64,000 nt of DNA from Gekko japonicus. Its lineage: Eukaryota. Below, piece after piece: positions 1 to 11,600 of the stretch; position 1 is the stretch's first letter, and each line of letters opens with the position of its first letter. The DNA lies in contig NW_015160915.1 in NCBI RefSeq assembly GCF_001447785.1, forward strand, positions 181,960 through 245,959, in the 5' to 3' direction. Both the position numbers and the translations under genes were made by a program. The notes beneath the pieces were generated by a model. The model ran no database searches. It had not been told where the DNA came from and saw nothing but the letters and a program-made list of their open reading frames with translations.

Positions 1-102
1 AGGGCGGGGTATAAATCCAATCTCTTCTTCTTCTTCTTCTTCTTCTTCTTCTTCTTCTTCTTCTTCTTCTTCTTCTTCTTCTTCTTCTTCTTCTTCTTCT
101 TC
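1..102 (+). repeat. 3' end of a Squam3-type SINE with a (TTC)n microsatellite tail
   Basis: AGGGCGGGGTATAAATCCAATCTC followed by (TTC)n; the same end occurs in fuller copies at 12079, 31009 and 56288. Confidence 0.8.
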
Positions 103-630
103 TACTATTCTTTAATACCTGTTCGGGCTTGTTCCGAGATATTCTGGAGGCATTTTGGCCTGGAAACGGTTAATAAAAATGTCGGAGTTCTGTGTTTTCA
201 CTTCTAGAATATTGTCCTGGAGTGCCTGTACTGCATGGCACTGTTTTTGTGCTACTATTGTTTAATACCCGTTCCAGCCTGTCCCGGGATGTTCTGTAGG
301 CAATTTGGCCTGGAAAGGGTTAATAAAAGTGAGAGTTCCATGTTTTCACTTCTAAAATATCGTTCTGGAGTCTGGAAAGGGTTAATTAATGATAGTATGT
401 TCTGTGTTTTCAGCTCTAGAATATTGTTTTGGTAATACATCCCAGTACTTTTTGCAGTACTACTGTTTGTTTAGTGCCCGTTCTGGGTCGTTCCGGAGGC
501 ATTTTGGCCTGGAAAGGGTTAATAAAAATGCGATAGTTCCCTATTTTCACTTCTAGACTATTGTTCTGGAGTGCCTGTAACGCATTCCAGTGCTTTTTAC
601 GGTACTATTGTGCGTTTAATGCCCTTCCAG
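103..630 (+). repeat. Diverged ~150-bp tandem repeat (family A)
   Basis: Recurrent GGCATTTTGGCCTGGAAAGGGTTAATAAAA...TTCACTTCTAGAATATTGTTCTGGAGTGCCTGTA, about 3.5 copies. The same family occurs inverted at 42417-42870 and 44265-44430. Confidence 0.85.
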
Positions 631-692
631 ACCCTTCCGCTTTTATCCTGTCCTGACAAATTAAAGGCGGAACTGTCAGCCAAGACAGAAAA

Positions 693-3600
693 GGGTAAAA
701 GTCGGATCTAAACGGATCCTCATGAATTCATATGATTTCTGTACTGCAATGAAATAAAACTAGCATCATACTGTAGACCTTGTCTAAGACTATAGGAAGA
801 ACTACAAAAATCATGCCCCCACGAATTCGTGGCACCACAAAACTGCAAAAACATGGTTCCAAAGCACGGATCCTCATGGATCCTTATGATTCTTGCCCTG
901 TGTCACCCCAAAACCACCATCAGATAATATGCCTCGTCCGTGACCAAAGCCTGCACCACAGAAATCACGGGGCCACGGTTCTGTGGCAACACCATGCAGC
1001 AAAAACATGGTTTTGCCCCACGGATCCTCACGGATCCTTATGATTTTTGCCTTGTGTCACCCCAAAACCACCATCAGATAATATGCCTCGTCCGTGACCA
1101 AAGCCTGCACCACAGAAATCACGGGGCCACGGTTCTGTGGCAACACCATGCAGCAAAAACATGGTTTTGCCCCACGGATCCTCACGGATCCTTATGATTT
1201 TTGCCTTGTGTCACCCCAAAACCACCATCAGATAATATGCCTCGTCCGTGACCAAAGCCTGCACCACAGAAATCACGGGGCCACGGTTCTGTGGCAACAC
1301 CATGCAGCAAAAACATGGTTTTGCCCCACGGATCCTCACGGATCCTTATGATTTTTGCCTTGTGTCACCCCAAAACCACCATCAGATAATATGCCTCGTC
1401 CGTGACCAAAGCCTGCACCACAGAAATCACGGGGCCACGGTTCTGTGGCAACACCATGCAGCAAAAACATGGTTTTGCCCCACGGATCCTCACGGATCCT
1501 TATGATTTTTGCCTTGTGTCACCCCAAAACCACCATCAGATAATATGCCTCGTCCGTGACCAAAGCCTGCACCACAGAAATCACGGGGCCACGGTTCTGT
1601 GGCAACACCATGCAGCAAAAACATGGTTTTGCCCCACGGATCCTCACGGATCCTTATGATTTTTGCCTTGTGTCACCCCAAAACCACCATCAGATAATAT
1701 GCCTCGTCCGTGACCAAAGCCTGCACCACAGAAATCACGGGGCCACGGTTCTGTGGCAACACCATGCAGCAAAAACATGGTTTTGCCCCACGGATCCTCA
1801 CGGATCCTTATGATTTTTGCCTTGTGTCACCCCAAAACCACCATCAGATAATATGCCTCGTCCGTGACCAAAGCCTGCACCACAGAAATCACGGGGCCAC
1901 GGTTCTGTGGCAACACCATGCAGCAAAAACATGGTTTTGCCCCACGGATCCTCACGGATCCTTATGATTTTTGCCTTGTGTCACCCCAAAACCACCATCA
2001 GATAATATGCCTCGTCCGTGACCAAAGCCTGCACCACAGAAATCACGGGGCCACGGTTCTGTGGCAACACCATGCAGCAAAAACATGGTTTTGCCCCACG
2101 GATCCTCACGGATCCTTATGATTTTTGCCTTGTGTCACCCCAAAACCACCATCAGATAATATGCCTCGTCCGTGACCAAAGCCTGCACCACAGAAATCAC
2201 GGGGCCACGGTTCTGTGGCAACACCATGCAGCAAAAACATGGTTTTGCCCCACGGATCCTCACGGATCCTTATGATTTTTGCCTTGTGTCACCCCAAAAC
2301 CACCATCAGATAATATGCCTCGTCCGTGACCAAAGCCTGCACCACAGAAATCACGGGGCCACGGTTCTGTGGCAACACCATGCAGCAAAAACATGGTTTT
2401 GCCCCACGGATCCTCACGGATCCTTATGATTTTTGCCTTGTGTCACCCCAAAACCACCATCAGATAATATGCCTCGTCCGTGACCAAAGCCTGCACCACA
2501 GAAATCACGGGGCCACGGTTCTGTGGCAACACCATGCAGCAAAAACATGGTTTTGCCCCACGGATCCTCACGGATCCTTATGATTTTTGCCTTGTGTCAC
2601 CCCAAAACCACCATCAGATAATATGCCTCGTCCGTGACCAAAGCCTGCACCACAGAAATCACGGGGCCACGGTTCTGTGGCAACACCATGCAGCAAAAAC
2701 ATGGTTTTGCCCCACGGATCCTCACGGATCCTTATGATTTTTGCCTTGTGTCACCCCAAAACCACCATCAGATAATATGCCTCGTCCGTGACCAAAGCCT
2801 GCACCACAGAAATCACGGGGCCACGGTTCTGTGGCAACACCATGCAGCAAAAACATGGTTTTGCCCCACGGATCCTCACGGATCCTTATGATTTTTGCCT
2901 TGTGTCACCCCAAAACCACCATCAGATAATATGCCTCGTCCGTGACCAAAGCCTGCACCACAGAAATCACGGGGCCACGGTTCTGTGGCAACACCATGCA
3001 GCAAAAACATGGTTTTGCCCCACGGATCCTCACGGATCCTTATGATTTTTGCCTTGTGTCACCCCAAAACCACCATCAGATAATATGCCTCGTCCGTGAC
3101 CAAAGCCTGCACCACAGAAATCACGGGGCCACGGTTCTGTGGCAACACCATGCAGCAAAAACATGGTTTTGCCCCACGGATCCTCACGGATCCTTATGAT
3201 TTTTGCCTTGTGTCACCCCAAAACCACCATCAGATAATATGCCTCGTCCGTGACCAAAGCCTGCACCACAGAAATCACGGGGCCACGGTTCTGTGGCAAC
3301 ACCATGCAGCAAAAACATGGTTTTGCCCCACGGATCCTCACGGATCCTTATGATTTTTGCCTTGTGTCACCCCAAAACCACCATCAGATAATATGCCTCG
3401 TCCGTGACCAAAGCCTGCACCACAGAAATCACGGGGCCACGGTTCTGTGGCAACACCATGCAGCAAAAACATGGTTTTGCCCCACGGATCCTCACGGATC
3501 CTTATGATTTTTGCCTTGTGTCACCCCAAAACCACCATCAGATAATATGCCTCGTCCGTGACCAAAGCCTGCACCACAGAAATCACGGGGCCACGGTTCT

Positions 3601-4843
3601 GTGGCAACACCATGCAGCAAAAACATGGTTTTGCCCCACGGATCCTCACGGATCCTTATGATTTTTGCCTTGTGTCACCCCAAAACCACCATCAGATAAT
3701 ATGCCTCGTCCGTGACCAAAGCCTGCACCACAGAAATCACGGGGCCACGGTTCTGTGGCAACACCATGCAGCAAAAACATGGTTTTGCCCCACGGATCCT
3801 CACGGATCCTTATGATTTTTGCCTTGTGTCACCCCAAAACCACCATCAGATAATATGCCTCGTCCGTGACCAAAGCCTGCACCACAGAAATCACGGGGCC
3901 ACGGTTCTGTGGCAACACCATGCAGCAAAAACATGGTTTTGCCCCACGGATCCTCACGGATCCTTATGATTTTTGCCTTGTGTCACCCCAAAACCACCAT
4001 CAGATAATATGCCTCGTCCGTGACCAAAGCCTGCACCACAGAAATCACGGGGCCACGGTTCTGTGGCAACACCATGCAGCAAAAACATGGTTTTGCCCCA
4101 CGGATCCTCACGGATCCTTATGATTTTTGCCTTGTGTCACCCCAAAACCACCATCAGATAATATGCCTCGTCCGTGACCAAAGCCTGCACCACAGAAATC
4201 ACGGGGCCACGGTTCTGTGGCAACACCATGCAGCAAAAACATGGTTTTGCCCCACGGATCCTCACGGATCCTTATGATTTTTGCCTTGTGTCACCCCAAA
4301 ACCACCATCAGATAATATGCCTCGTCCGTGACCAAAGCCTGCACCACAGAAATCACGGGGCCACGGTTCTGTGGCAACACCATGCAGCAAAAACATGGTT
4401 TTGACGCACGGATCCTTATGATTTTTGCACTGTGATCCTTATGATTTTTGCACTGTGACGCACGGATCCTCACGGATCCTTATGATTTTTGCACTGTGAA
4501 AAAAAAAAGGATCCGTGCTTTGGAACCATGTTTTTGCAGTTTTGTGGTGCCACGAATTCGTGGGGGCATGATTTTTGTAGTTCTTCCTATAGTCTTAGAC
4601 ATGGTCTACACTGCAGTATGATGCTGGTTTTATTTCATTGCAGTACAGAAATCATATGAATTCATGAGGATCCGACCTTTGGAATCATGTTTTTGCGCTG
4701 TTCTGGTGCCACGAATCCGTGGGATAGTGATTTCTATGGTGCCCCCTATAGACTAACACATGGCCTACGATATGATGGTGGTTTGATTTCCTTTCAGTGT
4801 AAAAATCATATGAATTCACTCCGTTTAGATCCGACTTTTACCC
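693..4843. mobile_element. Foldback/MITE-like element with 24-bp TIRs enclosing a 154-bp satellite array
   Basis: TIR GGGTAAAAGTCGGATCTAAACGGA at 693-716 and its reverse complement at 4820-4843. Segment 714-873 is repeated inverted at ~4509-4674. No clear TSD. Confidence 0.6.
868..4403 (+). repeat. 154-bp tandem satellite, ~23 copies (22 apparently identical)
   Basis: Units start at 868, 1022, ... 4256, an exact period of 154 also seen in the ORF track. Two BamHI sites per unit. Confidence 0.97.
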
Positions 4844-4989
4844 AGACCCAGCAAAGACGGTTCAGACCAATTTCCCACAAGCAGCTGCACTCCCTCGCGC
4901 TTCCCCATTGCATTCCTCAATTTCCCACTATTTGCTGCACGGCCGCATTTTGACCCAGCCGCAGCATCCCCCGATTTCCCCCCTTCGCG

Positions 4990-5655
4990 ATCTCATGTCC
5001 AGGAAGGGACCCCCCCCCCCCCGCCGCTTCAAATTGAAAAAAATGAAAAAAGCGTCTTGAAATTGATAAAAATGAAACTTCGTGGCTTTCTACTGGGTTT
5101 TTGTGCACGTGTCAAACCGTTTTTCATGAAGGGGTTAAACTGTTCCTTGGTTGGGTATGCTAATGAAGGCAAGCTTAGCGCTGAGGACCAATAAGACACT
5201 GAGACGATCCTCCCGCCACAGGCGGGGAAGGTCTATTCGTATTCACGTGACCTCTAGCCTGACCACTGGCCGGTCAGTACTGTGATGGTCACACCTGCTA
5301 TCTGGCACCTACACAGAAGGAGGAGTTTTTCGGGGGGGCCGGGGGGGGGAGGTCTTCCTCCCTTTGTCCTGGAGTCGTTAGAAGACTCCACGCTTGAAAA
5401 TGGTGTCGATTAGCAAATTTATTTTCTCTTCTTCTTCCATGTAATCCGTTCCCTGGTTTTCCTAGTAAAGTCGTTCTTAGAACTGAACGCGCGCGGCCCT
5501 GCATCTCTTTTCTTTTTGCTGCTGCACGAATACTCTGCGCGCGGGAAGTCGTCTCCAGGAAGGGAAACCCCCGACCAGTGCCTCGGCTTGGAAGTAATAG
5601 AAACGGAAGTCGAAGCTTCCGGAGTGTGTGTGTCGAAGCTTCCTCTTGGGCGGCC
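4990..5655 (+). promoter_or_regulatory. CpG-rich promoter/5' region of TRIM gene 1
   Basis: ATGCTAAT 5157, CCAAT 5188, E-box TCACGTGA 5243, variant GAS CTCCAGGAA 5553, NF-kB-type GGGAAACCCC 5562 and ETS CGGAAGT ~5604. Conserved with the gene 3 upstream region. Confidence 0.6.
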
Positions 5656-6084
5656 ATGGCCAGTGGGGGTCCCGTCCGAGAGCTCTGCGAGGAAGTCACC
5701 TGTCCCATCTGCCTGGAGTACTTCAGGGACCCGGTGACGATTGCCGAATGCGGCCACAATTTCTGCCGGGCCTGCCTGACCTGCAGCTGGGGGGAGTCGG
5801 GGGGCGAGGCATCCTGCCCCCAGTGCAGAGGAAAGGCTCAGGAGGGAAACCTCCGGCCGAATCGGCAGCTGGCAAACATCGTGGAAATAGCCCAAAAACT
5901 CAGCCTCCAGGTGGAAGAAGCCAGGAAGGAAGAAGCCCGGGAGAGAATCTGCGAGAAACACCGGGAGCCCCTCAAGCTGTTCTGCCAAACTGATGAGATC
6001 CTGGTCTGTATGATCTGTGATAAATCCAAGGAGCACAAAAGTCATGAGGTGATTCCAGCTAAGGAGGCTGCCCAGGAATACAAG
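5656..6084 (+). CDS. TRIM gene 1 exon 1: RING (C3HC4) + B-box2
   Basis: Kozak GCCATGG. RING CPICLEYF..CGHNFC..C..CPQCR, then LRPNRQLANIVE, then B-box CEKHREPLKLFC..D..LVCMICDKSKEHKSH. Donor AAG|GTAAGA. Confidence 0.95.
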
Positions 6085-8545
6085 GTAAGAAACGGTGTGG
6101 ATCGTCCTGGTGTTTCTCTGTGGATTTGCTCCTCCAAGTCCTGTGCTTTAGCTAAGATGGCCAGGGCTACCTCTATACTGCAGTAACTAGTGTGTGCCCA
6201 ATGGTCTACTAGCAGCTATGTTTTGAGCAAAATAATAGAGGGGGGGGTGAACAAGTGAAAACAGCAACAGTACAAAGAGTCTGAAAATCATACCATTAGT
6301 GCCTGGTGATTGCAGAGGAAAGCCCCCAAATATCCACATTTATGAGCACTGTTGCATTCAGGCTTCATAGTATCAAGCACTGGATGGAATTGTCTGTGTA
6401 TCTCCCATAGCCTTCTTATTTATTTGTTTGTTTATTTGTTTATGCTATTTATCTCACAGGGACTCAAGGTGGAGAGCTCATAGTGAGTCAGTACAATCAA
6501 GGAAGAGCACATTCAGTAACCAACATATTAGGATTTTAAAAGTCTGGAACTACCAGAAAGAACGGAAGCATAGCCTAGGTATTCACATGACACTTTAAGT
6601 GGCACAGAAATTACATAAATGGGAACCTAATTACAATAAGCTGTACATGACAACATAGAACAGATCCAGGTAGTCAGCCGTGTTCCTGATATGACACCTC
6701 ATCCACCTCAGAAAGTGCTGTTAAGTGGTCTCCATGCCTGGGAGGAGAGGATGGAGATTCTCGATTTGCTTCCCATAATTAGAAAAGACTCCTTCAGATA
6801 TTTATCTACTATTCGAACATATTTATTGCTTTACAGCTGTTGACCTTATAACCTTAGCTTGTTATTTTGGACTTTGCATATCTTAAACACCACCATGTTA
6901 CATGTTAATTTCCCTGTCTATAAGTTTGAACCTTACACACCATTCCAATGTATTTGAAAAAGTGTGCCTTGCACACGAAAGCTCATACCTTGAATAAACC
7001 TTTGTTGGTCTTAAAGGTGCCGCTGGACTCTAAATTTGTTCTAGCATAGAACAGAGTCTCTGATCATTTATCTAAGCTATAAGAAGGCTATGGGAGATAC
7101 ACAGACAATTCTATCCAGTGCTTGATACTATAAAACTTGAATGCAACAGTGCTCATAAATGTGGATACTTAGGGGGCTTTTCTCAGCAATATAAAACCAG
7201 GTCAGCCATATCCAAGTAAGAGGCCATTTTTGGGGCTAGGCTGAGAAAGATTTTTTCTTCAGTTTGGATCCAAGTCTGCCTATGAGAATAAATGTGTGTG
7301 TGAGAGTAACAAGCTCGGGGCTATCATTGCCTTGCAGCCTAACCTACCTTGCAGGCTTGTTGTGAGGATAAAATGGAGGGAGGGGAAAGCCATTTTTTTT
7401 GCCACCCTAAATTCCACGGAGGAAAGGCAGGATAAAAATGCATTAAAGTAACAAACAGGTAAAGGAAAGAGAGGGATGGGAGGTCCTTGAATGAGGAAGA
7501 ATGAGAGATATAAATCTCATGGGAGGAAATCTCAGTGGCTCAGTGGGAAGGGCACTGCAGTGGGGAAGAAGGGGTTCAGGTCACTGTGAAGGTAATGGAA
7601 GTGTCACTTTGGCAAGGTCTAGCTTGCTGCAGTAACTTTTAGGGCTTCTGGGGGGGGGGGACCAAAGAATTCCCAGGGCCCAATTCAGCTGGCGGGCCCC
7701 TGAAGCCAATTTCAAGCTTCCTTCAGAATGCACCCCACTTTGACTTCTAATGCAGTGCTGTACTGAAACCACTAGGGGAGCACAGAAAGTATCAAGCTCT
7801 GCTTTCTGCAAAGTTTACTCCAAGGAGGCAAACACTTGCCCATCCTGCTAAACCCATCTACCAAGTCAGAATTGCAGCAAGGCCAGAGCAGCCAGCACAG
7901 CTCCCGGCTACTAGAGTCATTGGCAGGCTGCAGACTCCTAACAAGGTTGTTGCTGCCAGAAAGTTTCCCTGTTCCTTTCCTTCCACCCAGCTCATAGTCT
8001 ATCTGCTCCGCTGGATCTTCCCTGTTAGTATGTTATTAAAAGGAAAACAACCTTTCCTCTTTTCTTAATTTCTCTTCTCCTTTTCCACACTTTTCTCCAT
8101 TTTACTCTCGTCCTTTCATGATATGCCTTCATTCCTCCCTTGTAATTCCTTCCGCCTTATTTGTCAGTCTTGTTCTCAGTGCCTCATTCCTATCCTACAG
8201 GGCACAAAATACAGTCCTTTTTACAGTTGCCAAGGTGCCTGGAGAGAAATGTCATGTCCCTTTAGTAAGTCATTTACCACCCATGATGGGAGCCCAGGGA
8301 GTGAGGGTGGCATGGTATAGCCAAGGGGTGGCCAAACATGCTTAATGTAAGAGCTGCATAGAATGAAAGTCAAATGCTTGAGAGCCTCAAGACATGAACA
8401 GATATTACACACACGTTTTAATTGAAAAAAAATATGTGTTTGCTTTTTATTAACATTTAAATGAGACTGACAAAAATAAAAACAAAAGGGGTAAAAATAG
8501 ATATTGATAAATAGATGGGGGAACGAGTAGGAGGAAGGAAGGAAG

Positions 8546-8600
<55 letters not shown>

Positions 8601-11600
8601 AAAGATGGGAGAGGAAAGAAGGAAGAGAAAGGTGGAACGAATGAAAGAGGTGGGAAGAAAGAAGGGGAGAGAGAGAAACAAAAAAAAGCAAATTGATGGG
8701 GGAGGGAGAGGTGGAAAGTAAGCAACTCTAACTTTAAATGTGTCCTCCAAGGCCCCCCAGCCCCCATGTCAGCCGGCTTGGAGAAGAGATTTAAAGAGAC
8801 AAATGCCTTCTCCAAGCCGGTCAGTTGGGGGGGGGGGCCTTTGAGAATGCATTTAAAGCTAAAGTTGCTTTCTTTCTTTGTTCCCCCTCCCCCCACATAC
8901 ACGCACATCAAGCCTACCCAGGGAGGGGAACACTGGATGAGGAAGGGAAGACTGATCGGGGAGGCATGCCTCCCCTTCACTTCCCCAGCCACATCCTGCC
9001 GGGAGCTGCACAGTATGTGTGAAAGAGCCGCATGCGGCTCCCGAGCCACAGTTTGGCCACCCCTGGTATAGCCTGATCTCATCAGAACTTGGGAGCTAAG
9101 CAGGGTCAGCCCCCTGGTTAGTACTTGGATGGGAGATCTCCAAGAAAGACAGCAGACAGAGGCAAATGGCAAACCACCTCTGCTTTTCACTTGCTTTGGG
9201 AGCCCCTTGCTGGGGTCCCCGTAAGTCAGCTGCCACTTGAGCGTCCAGGTGGGAATCATCCCTGCGTGTCTGAACCATGCAGAGCAAGCCCTCCTTCTTA
9301 GACCAAAGGAACAGGAGGTGGGGACAGAGTCATGTGATGTGTCTCCACTCCCCAAATAACCCCACCAACGCTCCCGGCTGGCAACGCTAGCCATTCCTCC
9401 ATGGCAAAGCATGAGCTTTTTAAATTTTGGAGCTCCCAAGTGAGTCCCCGGGCGTTGCCCACTTTAGCTTCAGCAAGGATGGCAGCGACCCGAACCCATT
9501 CGTCTTCCCAGACCCTGCAGAAGCCTCCAGAACATCCGATTTGACTTTCTAAGGCTCAGTTCCATCCAATGCTGGTGATTCCGTGAACAGGAGTTTCCTC
9601 CTTGCAGGGGTTCCGAATGAGGCTGCAGCAGGAGGGGAGATTACGCCAGGGCACCATTGGGGTTCTGACACAGGGCTGTGGGTGCAATCACAAAAGAGCT
9701 GCCCCAAGAGGTGGAGCCGCACAAGGAAGCCGAAGTGTGAGGAGAAGAGGGGTAAATTAAAAAAAATACCCTGTGACAAAGACGATTGAGAGAAACCGTG
9801 GTGGCAGCTGCCACTGAAACAGAGCTATGTTAATCAGCACAACCAATCAAATCTTCAGTGGCAAATCAGAAGCCCTGCTGGACTGAAGCCCCACCTACTT
9901 TCTGTAAATATTGGCAGGCCCCCCAAGAAAGTCAGCGGGGGGTGCCCATGGTGTCCACCCATGATGGGACCATGTTGGGGAGCCCTAGGTTGAGACTTCC
10001 CCCTGCACCATTTTCCAAGTATGAATTCAGGGCAAGTAGCCGCTTCCCAGGGCAGTGTGAGATTAGGAAGAACACTGAAAGTCTTTCTGTTTGTGGCTTT
10101 GCTCAGAGTAGGGGTCCCAACTCCATGTGAGAAAATTTTCAGGGAACAAAAACTCTGGGATCTCTGTTCACAGTGGCTAGTCGAGCCGTATGCATGAAGG
10201 AGAGTGATAGTCTTCACAGCCATCCCTGTCAGCGGGACCAGATGTGGGGAGAGGAAGCTTGCCTCTCCCTAGCAACACCCGAATCATGGACCTTTTCATT
10301 CCCATTGTTTTTTTTTCTTTTTCTTTTTGAAAAGTTTTTTACTTTCATACAGACATACAATCACAAAAAGACACACACAAAAACATACATAAAATGGAGG
10401 GAAGTGTAGGTATTACAGAAGTCTCTTTGTTATGGTAACTAGTAGTTGAAATCTAATTACATATTTTAGCCTAGTAAAATACGATAGTTTAAAAAGTCTG
10501 CCACATTTGTTTGTTTTTTAAAGTAGTAGAATATCTCAAAGTGTAAGAAGGAGTATATATTTCAGTTCATTTGATGTAGTCTCCAAACCATGCATAAAAT
10601 GTGTTCCATGTATTGTGAAATTTCTGTTCCTGAAGTCCTTTTAAAAATAAAGTAATTTATCCATTTCTGCTGTTTCCAGTGTTTTAGTTATAACTTCTTG
10701 TTTTTCGGATGTTTCTTCTTTTCTCCAATATTTGTGGAATGAGCTGAAAAGTTGCTGTCCTCACCAGACCTTGGGAGAGCCCACCTTCCTACTCTTCTAA
10801 AATGGCCTCCACTCTCTTATGTTTGGCATTTTCTAGAGAGAAAGCCTTGGGAATGCTCTGAACAAATCCCGTGAGACCTGACTAAAACACCGTGTGGGTT
10901 AATCCTGACCACAGATGGATCAAGTAGCCCTTTCAGTCTAATCGTAGGACATAATGGGATATGGAAGGTCTCCACAGTACCTCAAAGGAGAAACAACGCC
11001 TTACATGGGAGATTCATGTCCAGATCTCTCAAAGCTTCCTTCCCATGATACTACCACAGTCAGTTTTTCACTCTTTCCCCTTGCCCCTTTTTCTTAATGG
11101 AATTTGCCTCTCCTACAACAATGCAGCTCTCAGCCACAGCTGAGGGGAAATACAGTCAACATATAGAGCAAGGGTCCCCAACATGGTGCTCGTGGGCACT
11201 ACGGTGCTCAGAAACCCATTTCTTGGTGCCCCACCAGTGTTTGTAGAAGGTAGGTGGGGGCAGGTGGGCCTCTTGCCTCGCAGGACTTCTGATTGGCCAC
11301 TGAAGCTCCAACGGACTAGGCAGATGGAAATAACATTATTTCAGCAGCAGCTGCCACCAAGGTAAATGTTTCATTCTCTCTCACACCTCTTTCCCAGTTT
11401 CCCAGTGTCTTTCTGAANNNNNNNNNNNNNNNNNNNNNNNNNNNNNNNNNNNNNTGTGTTTGGCTGTGCCCCTTGTGGCAGCCATTTTGGGCTTTGGCTC
11501 CGTCTCCTCTATCAGGCATTTGGGGATTGTGCTCATTTCCCCGTGTCAGAATTCCAAAGGTTCTCAGAGGCACCCAAAGGTTCAGGACCCCCTGATACAG

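Noticed and set aside
868-4403. CRISPR-like array or repeated 85-aa genes
   Set aside because: The units are identical head-to-tail with no unique spacers, in a eukaryotic context with no cas genes. The ORFs arise from the 154-bp period.
868-4403. Hammerhead ribozyme in the 154-bp satellite (as in newt satellite 2)
   Set aside because: The minus strand has CTGATGG rather than CTGANGA, and there is no suitably placed GAAA or stems.
5419-6045. Long antisense ORFs over TRIM exons (also 30020-30451 and 51243-51875)
   Set aside because: They are shadows of GC-rich coding exons with no recognisable domain.
8450-9439. 329-aa minus-strand ORF
   Set aside because: It runs through a microsatellite, a hAT element and a SINE; low complexity.
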